The notes under the pieces are model-generated. The model made no database searches. It saw nothing but the letters and a program-made list of their open reading frames with translations, and was not told the origin of the DNA. 64,000 bases of DNA, taken from assembly GCA_963776705.1 (NCBI GenBank), contig CAVZOA010000039.1, positions 2,058-66,057 on the forward strand. Reading direction: 5' to 3'. Shown in pieces: positions 39,418 through 49,289 of the stretch (position 1 is its first letter; every line of letters starts with the position of its first letter). Origin of the DNA: an uncultured Alphaproteobacteria bacterium. Its GTDB lineage: Bacteria > Pseudomonadota > Alphaproteobacteria > Rhodobacterales > Rhodobacteraceae. The translations under genes were made by a program, and so were the position numbers.

Positions 39418-41468
39418 TCGGGCACAGTCTCACGGCCCTCCTGCTCGTCCTGCCGGCGGTGGCCGCGGCGCAGGTCGTGCCGGTGCGCACGGGCGAGCAC
39501 GACGGCTATACCCGCGTGGTGCTGGATTTCGAGCGGCTGCCCGAGTGGGAGGTCACGTCGGGGGAGCGGCGCATCTCGCTCGAGACCGACACGCGGCTCT
39601 CCTTCGATCTTTCCGAAGTCTACCGGCGGATCGGCGAGGATCGGATCGACCGGCTGGTGCAGCCGTCGCCGGGCGCGCTCGACATCCTGCTGAACTGCGA
39701 CTGCGCGGCGCGGACCTTCGAACTCCGGAACGAGGGACTCGTCATCGACGTCCGGCCGGGACCGCCGGAGCCTGCGCCCGCAGCGGCAGAACCTGTGCGG
39801 GACCGTCACCGGGAGCGATCGCGGCCCCCTGCGGGGATGCCGCTCCGCGACGGGCTGCTTCCGGGGCTGCTCACGCGGACGGTGCGACCGGACCCGCCGG
39901 TCGAGACCGAGCCGCAGCCGCGGACCGAGATCGCCACGGCCGGGACGCAAGGATCGCCGAAGTCGTCGGAGCCGTCCGATCCGTCCGCCGACGCTGCGGC
40001 GCTCGACCGCGCCGTGGCGCTCAGACGCAGCATCATCAAGGCGATGGCGCGCTCGGCTGAGGAGGGTCTGGTCGAGCTGTCGAGCGATCTGCCCACCCCG
40101 GAGGCGGAGAAGACGCCGCTCGAAACCCCGCGGCGCGCACCGGTGCCGCCCGATTTCGCTCCGGGATCGAACATTCTGGTCGAGACCCAGGCCGAGCGGG
40201 ACCGTCGCGGCCATTCCGCCATTCCCCCGGACGCGACCTGCCCGGACGGTCTCTCGGGTGGCAGGTCGGACTGGCTCGCCGCGATCGGGCCTCTCGATCT
40301 CGACGCGCCGGAGCCCGAACAGGCGCGCGCCGAGGCGATCCGCCTGATCGCGGGCGGCTTCGGCGCCGAGGCACGGGTGCTTCTGGCGTCCCATCGGAGC
40401 GACGATGCCGAGATGGCGCTCCTCGACGAACTGGCGCGGGTGGCCGACGGCCCTGCCCCCGCCCCGCATGCCCGAAGCGTGGCGGATTGCGGCCCGCTGC
40501 TGACGCTTTTCGTGCTGATCGCCGATCCGCCTTCCGGTCCGCGACGGATCGCGACCGTGCGGGAGGCCCTCGCCGGGCTTGACCCGGCCCTCCGGATCCA
40601 GTTCGGCCGGCGCGCCATCGCCGCACTCGAGGCGCTGGGCCGGCGCGAGGACGCGGAGATCGTTCGGGGATCCGTCGCGCGGCAGAGCCCCGGCCTGCCC
40701 GAGAGCGCCCTTTCGCCCCGGAACTTCGAGCCGGGCGGCGCCATCCCGACCGAGGAGGAGGCGATCCGCGAGCTCGCCGACCGGACCCCGGAGGCGTCCG
40801 ACGCGCTCCGCGCGTTGATCGATTCCCGGCGGCGGTCGGGCGAGACCGTGCCGAGCACGATCATCGACCAGGCGGCGGCGCTCCTGCCCGAGCTCGACCC
40901 CGAGGACCGCGCCGCGCTGTCGCGGTCGGTGATCCGCGCCGAGATCGCGCAGGCGAGCTACCTCAGCGCGGCGCGGCGGATCGACGGGCTTGCCGGGCGG
41001 GAGCCGGAGCTCGCGCGGTCGCTGGATGTGGACCTCCACGAGGCGCTGGTCGGCATCGTCGACGACGGCGTCTTCCTGCAGCAGGCGGCGCGCTTCGCCG
41101 GCGACCTGGCGCCGGAGCCGCAGCAGCGGCTGGCGATGGCCGAGCGCATCCGCGCGCTCCACGTGCCGCAGCTCGCGCGGCGGTTCCTGGCCGAGGACGG
41201 GGCCGCCACTTCGTCCGAGCGGCTGCTCCGGGCGCGGATCGATATCGGCCTCGAGGACTGGGAGGACGCCGGGGCCGCGCTCGCCGGTCTCGACGGGGCG
41301 GAGGCGGAGGCGCTCAGGGGCGAGATCGCGGCCGGACGCGCGCCCGTCGGCACCATTGCCTCGGCAGAGCCGGCGCCCTCGGGAGTCGGAGCGGAGAGCC
41401 TCTCGCTGATCGCCCGGAGCGCGGCGCTGCGGGAAAAGTACCGCACGCTCCTGGCGTCGGGCGAATAG
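39414..41468 (+). CDS. Large exported hypothetical flagellar-cluster protein
   Basis: Signal peptide, VRTGEHDGYTRVVLD N-terminal motif, LNCDC; ATG overlaps the motA stop. Confidence 0.75.
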   Translation: MIGHSLTALLLVLPAVAAAQVVPVRTGEHDGYTRVVLDFERLPEWEVTSGERRISLETDTRLSFDLSEVYRRIGEDRIDRLVQPSPGALDILLNCDCAARTFELRNEGLVIDVRPGPPEPAPAAAEPVRDRHRERSRPPAGMPLRDGLLPGLLTRTVRPDPPVETEPQPRTEIATAGTQGSPKSSEPSDPSADAAALDRAVALRRSIIKAMARSAEEGLVELSSDLPTPEAEKTPLETPRRAPVPPDFAPGSNILVETQAERDRRGHSAIPPDATCPDGLSGGRSDWLAAIGPLDLDAPEPEQARAEAIRLIAGGFGAEARVLLASHRSDDAEMALLDELARVADGPAPAPHARSVADCGPLLTLFVLIADPPSGPRRIATVREALAGLDPALRIQFGRRAIAALEALGRREDAEIVRGSVARQSPGLPESALSPRNFEPGGAIPTEEEAIRELADRTPEASDALRALIDSRRRSGETVPSTIIDQAAALLPELDPEDRAALSRSVIRAEIAQASYLSAARRIDGLAGREPELARSLDVDLHEALVGIVDDGVFLQQAARFAGDLAPEPQQRLAMAERIRALHVPQLARRFLAEDGAATSSERLLRARIDIGLEDWEDAGAALAGLDGAEAEALRGEIAAGRAPVGTIASAEPAPSGVGAESLSLIARSAALREKYRTLLASGE

Positions 41469-41540
41469 GGGGACATTCAACGCTTTGGCAATGCTTCGAC
41501 TGTACCACGGTGGGGAAGCCGCGACAGGAGGGTCAGCCGA

Positions 41541-41801
41541 ATGGCCGCCGACCACCATTTCCTCTCCGAAGGGACGACATGCCGCCATTGTGGCGTGTAT
41601 TTCGACGATCCCGCCGCCTCGAAGCCATGCGGGGAAGGCCGGTCGGACACCGTGCTTTCCCGCAAGGGCGAAACGGCGTTCATCCTCCTCGCCTTCGTGG
41701 TCATCGTTGCCGTCGGCATGGCGATGATCCCGTTTCTCAGCGATCCGGTCATCGAGGAGACGCGGAACCCCGAGGACCTGACGGGGCAGAGGATTCAGTG
41801 A
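41541..41801 (+). CDS. Small hypothetical membrane protein with HH...CxxC...C motif
   Basis: Strong RBS AGGAGG; 86 aa; CRHC plus a further Cys; one hydrophobic helix AFILLAFVVIVAVGMAMIPFL. Confidence 0.6.
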   Translation: MAADHHFLSEGTTCRHCGVYFDDPAASKPCGEGRSDTVLSRKGETAFILLAFVVIVAVGMAMIPFLSDPVIEETRNPEDLTGQRIQ

Positions 41802-41909
41802 CGGCCGCGAGCGTCTCGCAACACAGGATGTGATGGTGGAAGACCTGATCGGGGCAGAAGGCCCCAACGCCGCAAGACGGGATGACAGCCTGGCTCGGAG
41901 GCGGCGGCG

Positions 41910-43988
41910 ATGAGCCTGCGCGCCGTGTTCCAGCCCACCGTGCTCCTTGCGCTGGCGCTGATGGCGGTGATCGTGATGATGATCCTGCCGATGCCGGCCT
42001 GGGTGCTCGATATCGGGCTGGCCTGCTCCTTCGCGATCGCCATCCTGATGTTCACGACGACGCTCTTCATCGAGCGGCCGCTCGACTTCTCCTCCTTTCC
42101 GACGATCCTGCTCGCCTCGCTGATGCTCAGGCTGTCGCTGAACGTCAGCTCGACGAAGCTCATCATCGGGCAGGGCCATACCGGCACCGGCGCGGCGGGC
42201 GATGTCATCGAGGGCTTCGCCATGTTCGTCATGGGCGGATCGGTGTTCCTCGGCCTCGTCGTCTTCGGCGTGCTGATGATCGTGAACTTCATCGTCATCA
42301 CCAAGGGCGCGGGGCGGATGGCGGAGGTCGGTGCGCGCTTCGCCCTCGACGCCATGCCGGGCAAGCAGCTCGCCATCGATTCCGACATGAGCGCGGGCGC
42401 CATCGATCACGCCGAGGCACGCGAGCGGCGCGAGCGCGAACAGCTCGAGACGACCTTCTTCGGCTCGCTCGACGGCGCCTCGAAATTCGTCAAGGGCGAC
42501 GCCGCGGCGGGCATCCTGATCACGCTCCTGAACCTCCTGGTCGGGCTCGCGGTGGGGACCATCGTGCACGGCATGGCCGCGGGCGACGCGCTGAAGACCT
42601 ATGCGATCCTGACCGTGGGCGACGGGCTGACGACGCAGATCCCGGCGGTCATCATCTCCATCGCCTCGGCGCTCCTGCTGTCGCGCGGCGGGGCCACCGG
42701 CTCGACCGACATGGCGCTCTTCTCCCAGCTCGGCAAGCATCCCGCGGCGCTGACGACCGTTGCGGTGCTGCTGGCGCTCTTCGCGCTGGTGCCGGGGCTG
42801 CCCTTCCTGCCGTTCATCGCCGGCGCCGGCGTGCTCGGCTTCCTCGGCTGGCAGGCGCAGAAGCGGGTCGCGCGCGAGACGGCGGCGGCGGCGAAGCCGG
42901 CCCGGGCCGAGCCCGCCGAGCGCGCGCGCTCGATGGGCGACGTGCTCGACCTCGACGACATCCATCTGGAATTCGCCGCCGACCTCGTGCCGCTTGTGCT
43001 CGATCCGGCGACCGGGCTCGACGCGCGGATCGGCAACATGCGCAATCACGTCGCCGCGGTTTACGGGATCGTCCTGCCCGAGATCCGCCTGACCGACGAT
43101 CCCGCGCTTCCCGAGGGGACCTACGTCATCCGGGTGCAGGGGGTGGAGCAGGTGCGCGACCGGCTGGTGCCCGACCAGGTGCTGGCGCTGGCCGGCGACA
43201 ACCCCGCCCTGATGCCGCCGGGGCAGGACGTCGCCGAACCGGTCTACGGCGCGCCCGCGCGCTGGATCAGCGCGGCCCGGCAGGAGGAGGCGGCGCTCGC
43301 CGGCACCACCACCGTGCTGCCCGCGGAGGTGCTCGCGACCCATCTGCTCGAGACGATCAAGCGCAACTTCCACCGCCTGATGACGCTGAAGAGCCTGCGC
43401 CGGCTTCTCGACGAATACACCCGCCTCTCCGACCCCGACCGGGCGGCGGCGAACAAGCGGCTGATCGACGAGCTGGTGCCCGACAAGGTGCCGATGGAGC
43501 TCCTCCTGACCGTGTTGCGGCTGCTGCTCGAGGAGCGGGTGTCGATCCGCAACCTGCCGCTGATCCTCGAGACGATCGCCGCGGCGCGCGCCCAGGCCGG
43601 AACGCCGGAGGGCATCTGCGAGATTGTGCGCCAGCGGCTGAGCTTCCAGCTCGTCGCCACGCTGAAGCGCGCCGACGGCACGGTGCCGCTGGTGCAGCTC
43701 GACCCGGCCTGGGAGAAGCTCTTCTCGGACCACCAGCTCTCCGGCGAGCCCGGCGAGATCACCGTGGCGCTGCCCCCCGAGGACTTCAACCGGCTGGCGG
43801 ACGGGGCGGCGACGAGCCTCGGCGAGGCGGCGGAGATGGGCGTCTATCCGGCGCTCATCACCTCCGCCCGGCGGCGGCGCTTCCTGCGGCTCGTGCTCTC
43901 GGCCAAGGGGCTCGCCAACCCGGTCCTGAGCTTCGAAGAGCTCGGCACCGAGGCGCGGCCGTCGCTCGTGGGCACCGTGGCGGCGTGA
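41910..43988 (+). CDS. flhA: Flagellar biosynthesis protein FlhA
   Basis: ITKGAGRMAEVGARFALDAMPGKQLAID, FFGSLDGASKFVKGDA, GDGLTTQIPA, ERVSIRNL. Confidence 0.97.
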   Translation: MSLRAVFQPTVLLALALMAVIVMMILPMPAWVLDIGLACSFAIAILMFTTTLFIERPLDFSSFPTILLASLMLRLSLNVSSTKLIIGQGHTGTGAAGDVIEGFAMFVMGGSVFLGLVVFGVLMIVNFIVITKGAGRMAEVGARFALDAMPGKQLAIDSDMSAGAIDHAEARERREREQLETTFFGSLDGASKFVKGDAAAGILITLLNLLVGLAVGTIVHGMAAGDALKTYAILTVGDGLTTQIPAVIISIASALLLSRGGATGSTDMALFSQLGKHPAALTTVAVLLALFALVPGLPFLPFIAGAGVLGFLGWQAQKRVARETAAAAKPARAEPAERARSMGDVLDLDDIHLEFAADLVPLVLDPATGLDARIGNMRNHVAAVYGIVLPEIRLTDDPALPEGTYVIRVQGVEQVRDRLVPDQVLALAGDNPALMPPGQDVAEPVYGAPARWISAARQEEAALAGTTTVLPAEVLATHLLETIKRNFHRLMTLKSLRRLLDEYTRLSDPDRAAANKRLIDELVPDKVPMELLLTVLRLLLEERVSIRNLPLILETIAAARAQAGTPEGICEIVRQRLSFQLVATLKRADGTVPLVQLDPAWEKLFSDHQLSGEPGEITVALPPEDFNRLADGAATSLGEAAEMGVYPALITSARRRRFLRLVLSAKGLANPVLSFEELGTEARPSLVGTVAA

Positions 43989-44765
43989 TCGAGGACCTGT
44001 CCTTCCTGGCCGACTGGGCCCGGACGGAGCTGGCGCAGGCCTTCCTCGTCTTCCTGCGGGTCGGCGCGGCGATGGCGCTCCTGCCAGCCTTCGGGCAGAC
44101 CATGGTGCCGGCGCGGGTGCGGCTCGGGCTGGCACTGGTCTTCACCGCGGTGGTTCTGCCGCCGGTCGCGGACCGGCTGCCGCCGGTCGGGCTCGACGGT
44201 ATCGTGGGCCCGGTACTCGCCACGGAGGTGATCATCGGCCTCGCCCTCGGCGCGGCGCTCAGGCTGTTCGTGGTGGCGCTGCAGATCGCCGGCACGATCG
44301 CCGCGCAATCGGTCTCCCTGGCGCAGATCTTCGGGGCGACGACGGGGGCCGATCCGCAGCCTGCCATCGGCTCGATCATGACCATCTCCGGGATCGCGCT
44401 CGCGGTGATGATGGATCTGCACCTGAAGGTCACGATCTACCTGGTCGGCTCCTACGACATGCTGCCGCCCGGGGTCTGGCCCGCCGCGGAGGATTCTCGT
44501 CACCTGGGGGACGGGGCAGGTCGGCTCGGCCTTCGCCCTGGGCTTCGCGCTGGCGATGCCGTTCATGATCACCTCGCTGGTCTACAACCTGACGCTCGGG
44601 ATCATCAACCGCGCCATGCCGCAGCTCATGGTCGCCTTCGTCGGCGCGCCGGCGATCACCGCGGGCGGCCTTGTCCTGCTGATGGTGTCGCTGCCGCTCA
44701 TCCTGAACGTCTGGCTGTCCTCGATGGACGGCTTCCTCTCCGATCCGACCGGGGGCGTCCCGTGA
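43985..44765 (+). CDS. fliR: Flagellar export protein FliR (frameshift near 44490)
   Basis: FLVFLRVGAAMALLPAFG, LQIAGTIAAQ; second frame GIINRAMPQLMVAFVGAP. Confidence 0.9.
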
Positions 44766-45841
44766 GCGGCGAGGACGAGGCCGAGAAGAGCCACGAGCCG
44801 AGCCAGAAGAAGCTCGACGACGCCCGCAAGAAGGGCGAGGTCCCGCGTTCGACGGATCTCAACACAGCGGCGACCTATGGCGGAATACTTCTCGTCATGC
44901 TGGTACTGGGTGGTCAGAGCCTGCGCGGGATCGGCGAGGCGCTGAGCCGTCTCATCGCCGAGCCCGACCGGCTCGCGCTCCACCTCGGGGACAGCGGCGG
45001 CGCGGCGCTTATGGGCGGGCTGCTGCAGGGCACCGGTGCGAGCCTCGTCCCCTGGGTCGTCGCGCCGATGGCGCTGGCGCTCGCCTCGATCTTCGCCCAG
45101 CGCGCCTTCACGGTCTCGACCGAGAAGCTGAAGCCCAAGATGTCGAAGATCTCGCCGCTGTCGAACGCCAAGCAGAAGTTCGGCGCCAGCGGACTGTTCG
45201 AATTCGCCAAGAGCACGGTGAAACTGACGATCTATTCGGCGATCCTGTTCGTCTTCCTGGCAAGGAGCCTGCCCGATATCGTCAGCCTGGTGACACTCGA
45301 CCCGGCGGTGGCGATGGCGGTCTCGCTCAGGCTCGTCGTGACCTTCATGTGGATCGTGCTCGCCATCGCCATCGTCATCGGCGTCGTCGACTTCTTCTGG
45401 CAGCGGAACCACCACCTGCAGAAACACAGGATGTCGCGCAAGGAGCTGGTCGACGAGCAGAAGGATTCCGAGGGCGATCCGCACATGAAGCAGGAGCGCC
45501 GGCAGCGCGGGCAGGAGATCGCCATGAACCAGATGCTTGCCGACGTTCCGGACGCCGCCGTGGTGATCACCAACCCCACCCATTACGCCGTGGCGCTGAA
45601 ATGGAACCGCGGCGCGCAGGGGGCGCCCGTCTGCGTCGCGAAGGGGGTCGATCACGTGGCGGCGCGCGTCCGCGAGGCCGCCGAGGAGGCGGGCGTGCCG
45701 ATCCGTCCCGATCCGCCCACGGCCCGCGCGCTGCACGGTGTGGTCGAGATCGGAGAGGAGATACGCCCCGAGCACTACGCGGCGGTGGCGGTGTCGATCC
45801 GCTTCGCCGAGGACATGCGGCGGAAGGCGCGGGCGCGGTGA
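44762..45841 (+). CDS. flhB: Flagellar export protein FlhB
   Basis: EKSHEPSQKKLDDARKKGEVPRS, KDSEGDP, NPTH autocleavage motif. Confidence 0.96.
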   Translation: MSGEDEAEKSHEPSQKKLDDARKKGEVPRSTDLNTAATYGGILLVMLVLGGQSLRGIGEALSRLIAEPDRLALHLGDSGGAALMGGLLQGTGASLVPWVVAPMALALASIFAQRAFTVSTEKLKPKMSKISPLSNAKQKFGASGLFEFAKSTVKLTIYSAILFVFLARSLPDIVSLVTLDPAVAMAVSLRLVVTFMWIVLAIAIVIGVVDFFWQRNHHLQKHRMSRKELVDEQKDSEGDPHMKQERRQRGQEIAMNQMLADVPDAAVVITNPTHYAVALKWNRGAQGAPVCVAKGVDHVAARVREAAEEAGVPIRPDPPTARALHGVVEIGEEIRPEHYAAVAVSIRFAEDMRRKARAR

Positions 45842-46203
45842 AGGAGGACCAGCTCGTCGACCTGGCGAAGCTCTCGGGCATGATGCGCGACCGCGATCTC
45901 TCCGCGGTGGAGAAGATCGTGGTGCAGATGAAAGAGCTCGAGGCGGACATCGCGCGCATCCGCGAGGTCCAGGACCGCCGCATGGCCGAGGACCGGATCG
46001 ACACGGCACGGATCTCGGGGCTCGACCCGGTCTGGCTGAAATGGGGCGAGGAGCGGCTGGCGCGGCTGAACGGCGAGCTGGCGCGGCTCCGGGCCGCGCA
46101 CGAGACCGCGCTCCGCGCCGCCAGGCGGTCCTTCGGCCGGGCCGAAGTGACGAGAACCCTGCTCGAGGAGACCCGGCGGAGGGACCGGAAGGGGAAGGAC
46201 TGA
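45838..46203 (+). CDS. Helical hypothetical protein downstream of flhB (possibly FliJ-like)
   Basis: GTG overlaps the flhB stop; coiled-coil composition; W..W...LNGELARLRA...RSFGR. Confidence 0.65.
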   Translation: MKEDQLVDLAKLSGMMRDRDLSAVEKIVVQMKELEADIARIREVQDRRMAEDRIDTARISGLDPVWLKWGEERLARLNGELARLRAAHETALRAARRSFGRAEVTRTLLEETRRRDRKGKD

Positions 46204-46344
46204 GGGCCTGGCAGGTGCCGCGGGCCGCCGCGACAGTTGTCGCGCGGCATCTTCCCGGCGAATGGCTTCGGCGGTGGTTGCGCCGATCCGGTAGGGATGC
46301 TGTTTGTCCGGTCAGCGTTTTATCGAAGAATCATGGGCGCGCGA

Positions 46345-46779
46345 ATGGATCTGAAGGACTTCATCAAGGACGTCGTCACCTCGATTTCGGAGGCGACGGC
46401 CGAATTGCAGATCGATCTCGCCGAGCACGGCGTCACCGTCACCCAGGCCCGGGCGACCGCTCCTGCCGATGACGCCCCGCAATCCGGAGACCCCTCGGGG
46501 GCGGAGGGCCGGCCGCGACAGGTCGAGAAGATCGATTTCGACCTCGCGGTGCTGGCGGCCCAGGATGGCGGCGCGGCCGGCGTCCGGGTGGTCGGACCAG
46601 AGACGGCGCCCGCGGTGGCCGACGGGGTCGGCGCCGAGCGGGTAAGTCGCGTCGTCTTCTCCGTGGAGATCTCTTATCCTTTGGCCCGAGATGATCTCGC
46701 AGGGCGGAGCGACCAGCGTCGGGAGCGCAGCCGGCCGCGCCGTCGGGCCGGGGGCGGCTCCAAGTGGTCGCGATTCTGA
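46345..46779 (+). CDS. Hypothetical protein resembling the Trypco2-like family
   Basis: MDLKDFIKDVV...IDFDLAV...GGAAGVRVVG...VSRVVFSVEI pattern. Confidence 0.6.
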   Translation: MDLKDFIKDVVTSISEATAELQIDLAEHGVTVTQARATAPADDAPQSGDPSGAEGRPRQVEKIDFDLAVLAAQDGGAAGVRVVGPETAPAVADGVGAERVSRVVFSVEISYPLARDDLAGRSDQRRERSRPRRRAGGGSKWSRF

Positions 46780-46786
46780 CGGGGCG

Positions 46787-46810
46787 CGGCACAGTCGGCC
46801 GACTGTGCCG
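46787..46810. terminator. Perfect 24-bp palindrome between convergent genes, probable bidirectional terminator
   Basis: CGGCACAGTCGGCCGACTGTGCCG is its own reverse complement. Confidence 0.6.
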
Positions 46811-46811
46811 G

Positions 46812-47336
46812 TCAGACCTCCTGGCGGGCCACGTCGAGGATCAGCACGTCCTTCACGCCGCTGCCGATCGCGGTGTTGCCGGCATCGATCAGGGCCGATT
46901 TCAGCGCTCCGAGAGCGCCGTTCGACGTGAAGGTGCCGTCGAAGCCGCCGGTATTGGCGTGGTCCATGAGGACCCGGAGGAACCGGTCGCGCAGGAGGGG
47001 CTGCCTGGCGATGACGGCGTTGCGGATGCCCGGCTCGAGATCGAGGGTCAGCGACATGGCGACCATCGAGATCACGCGGCCGTTCGAGAGGACGGGAACG
47101 ACGAACTGGTGATCGAGCTTCACGAACTCGCTCTCCTCCCCCGGCGCCGCGGTGCTGCCGTGGCCATCTCCCCGGGCTCCGCCATGCGCGCTCGCCGGCG
47201 GTTTCCCGGAGGCGTGGCCGTCGGCCGCGGTTGCGCCGGCCTCCGGGGCCGGGGCGGGGCGCAGGACGTAGCCGGCGCCGGCGCCACCGGCGATGCCGAT
47301 TACCGCGAGAAGGACGGGAAGGAGTTTCGTGATCAT
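46812..47336 (-). CDS. fliL: Second FliL-family protein
   Basis: TM GIAGGAGAGYVL; EFVKLDHQFVVPV, PLLRDRFLRVLMDHAN, VLILDVARQEV. Confidence 0.8.
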   Translation of the reverse strand: MITKLLPVLLAVIGIAGGAGAGYVLRPAPAPEAGATAADGHASGKPPASAHGGARGDGHGSTAAPGEESEFVKLDHQFVVPVLSNGRVISMVAMSLTLDLEPGIRNAVIARQPLLRDRFLRVLMDHANTGGFDGTFTSNGALGALKSALIDAGNTAIGSGVKDVLILDVARQEV

Positions 47337-47346
47337 CGCGGCCACC

Positions 47347-48072
47347 TCAGAACGGCGAGACGCGGTCGATGGCCTGCTGCCCCCAGCGGGGCTGCTGGAC
47401 CTCCATGATCCGGCCGCGGCCGCCGTAGGAGATGCGCGCGGCGGCGATGCGGTCGTAGGCGATCTCGTTGGTTCGGGAGATGTCCTCGGGGCGGAGGATG
47501 CCGGTGACGACGAGTTCGCGCAGCTCGTAGTTCAGGCGCACCTCCTGTCGGCCCTCGATGGCGAAGCTGCCGTTCGGCAGGACCTCGGTGACGGTGGCGG
47601 CGACGCGGAGCGTCAGCTGCTCGTTGCGGCTTGTGGAGCCGTCACCGCTCTGGTTGCTGCCGGAATCGTAGCCGATCGCGGATCCGAGCGAGGTGCCGGT
47701 CTCCTCCTCCAGCCGCTGCGGGATGCCGATGAGGTTCGCGATGGCGAGGGAGCCCGAGGCGGAGCGGGAGCGGCCCGAACTGCCCGAGAACTCCGCGCTG
47801 TCGTCGATCTCGATCACCACGGTGACGATGTCGCCGCGGGTCTCGGCGCGACGCGTCCCGAGGAGCGAGCGGCGCTCGGCGGACCATAGCGAGGCCTGGT
47901 CCACCGGCCGGGCGGGGTCGAGGGAGATCGGGCGGCCGGGGCTCTGCATCGCCATCAGCTCGGCACTGTCCTGGACCGGCGAGAGCGCAGGTGCGCGGGC
48001 GAAGTCGGACTCCCCGCCGCAGGCCGCGAGGGCGAGCAGGAAGGCGAGGGGAAGGGCTGCGTGGCGCGTCAT
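47347..48072 (-). CDS. flgH: Flagellar L-ring lipoprotein FlgH
   Basis: Lipobox LAAC; GDIVTVVI, VLPNG, GILRPEDI, ARISYGGRG, QQPRWGQ. Confidence 0.93.
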   Translation of the reverse strand: MTRHAALPLAFLLALAACGGESDFARAPALSPVQDSAELMAMQSPGRPISLDPARPVDQASLWSAERRSLLGTRRAETRGDIVTVVIEIDDSAEFSGSSGRSRSASGSLAIANLIGIPQRLEEETGTSLGSAIGYDSGSNQSGDGSTSRNEQLTLRVAATVTEVLPNGSFAIEGRQEVRLNYELRELVVTGILRPEDISRTNEIAYDRIAAARISYGGRGRIMEVQQPRWGQQAIDRVSPF

Positions 48073-48494
48073 TGGAACATTCCCGAGACGATGATGGTGC
48101 CATCGGGGGCCACCTGGCCCACCACGATGTTGCGGGAGCCGAGATTCATCGCGCGGACGCGGTCGCCCGCCCCGGCGCGGTCGAGCGCACGTCCCTCTGC
48201 GCGGATCGTCAGCGCGCCTTGCCGGAAGGCGAGGGTGACGATCTGGTTGCGGTCCACGAGCGCCGGCGGGCCGACATCGCCCGAGCGCACCGGGCGGCCG
48301 GCATAGATCGTCGTCCGCGCCTCCTTGCCCACGATCCTCTCGGGATCGGAGGCGACGCCGGCGGCCTCGCCAGGCGCGGTCTTGAGATCGCCCGGCCCGA
48401 TCAGGCTGTTGGCGCGGATCGTCTTCGCGGCGACGACAATCTCCGCGGCCGCTGGCTGCGCGGCGATCAGGAGGAGGGCGAGGAGGACACGCAT
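48069..48494 (-). CDS. flgA: Flagellar P-ring chaperone FlgA
   Basis: Signal peptide MRVLLALLLIAAQPAAA; SAF-like PPALVDRNQIV, EGRALDRAGAGDRVRAMNLGS. Confidence 0.88.
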   Translation of the reverse strand: MRVLLALLLIAAQPAAAEIVVAAKTIRANSLIGPGDLKTAPGEAAGVASDPERIVGKEARTTIYAGRPVRSGDVGPPALVDRNQIVTLAFRQGALTIRAEGRALDRAGAGDRVRAMNLGSRNIVVGQVAPDGTIIVSGMFQ

Positions 48495-49280
48495 CAGCGG
48501 ATCTGGGTCGGTCGCGCCGAGCATCTGGTCGGCGGCGGTGATGACCTTGGAATTGAGCTCGTAGCCGCGCTGCGCCTCGATCAGCTTGCTGATCTCGCGC
48601 ACCGGATCGACGGAGCTGTCCTCGAGATAGCCCTGCCGGAAGGTGCCGAGCCCGTCGGTGCCGGGATCGCCGGGCAGGGCAGGGCCGGAGGCCGGGCTCT
48701 CCACGAAGAGGTTCGAGCCGATGGCCTCGAGACCCTTCACGTTGGAGAAGCCGGCGAGGGTGAGCTGGCCGAGCATTTGCGGCTCGACCTCGTCGGCGAA
48801 GTAGCCGTAGACTTCGCCGTCGGCGTTGATCGACAGCGACCGCGCGTCTTCGGGGATGGTGATGCCGGGTACGACCGGATAGCCGTCGTTCGTCACGATC
48901 TGGCCGTCGGCGTTGCGCTTCAGCGCGCCGTCGCGGGTATAGCCGGACTGTCCGGACGGCAGTTCCACCTCGATGAAGCCGTTGCCCTCGATCGCCACGT
49001 CGAGATCGCCGCCGGTCTGCACGACCGAGCCCTGCGCGACCTCCATCGTCACCGCGGCCGGGCGGACGCCGAGGCCGAGCTGGACGCCGGTGGGCAGGGT
49101 CGTTCCGGTGGTCGAGGAGATGGTGCCGGCGCGCGTGGCCTGCTGGTAGTGCAGGTCGGCGAACTCGGCGCGGCGCGGATTGTAGCCGGTGGTGCTCATG
49201 TTGGCGAGGTTGTGCGAGATGACCTCGACCCGCGTCTGCTGGGCGGCCATGCCGGTGGCGGCGATTGCGAGGGCGCGCAT
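48494..49280 (-). CDS. flgG: Flagellar distal rod protein FlgG (extra base near 48510 gives an apparent fusion to FlgA)
   Basis: MRALAIAATGMAAQQ, NLANMSTTG, YTRDG, AQRGYELNSKVITAADQML. Confidence 0.95.
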
Positions 49281-49289
49281 GCTGGGCTC

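Noticed and set aside
39267..44135. 1622-aa minus-strand ORF and other long antisense ORFs (e.g. 15029-17344, 47991-50072)
   Set aside because: Shadow frames of well-supported genes in high-GC DNA; Arg/Gly/Pro-rich with no motifs.
48069..49280. Apparent FlgG-FlgA fusion protein (403 aa)
   Set aside because: Removing one base near 48510 restores the usual ...GATTQIR-stop overlapping the flgA ATG. FlgA also has its own signal peptide. This is the same +1 error type seen elsewhere.
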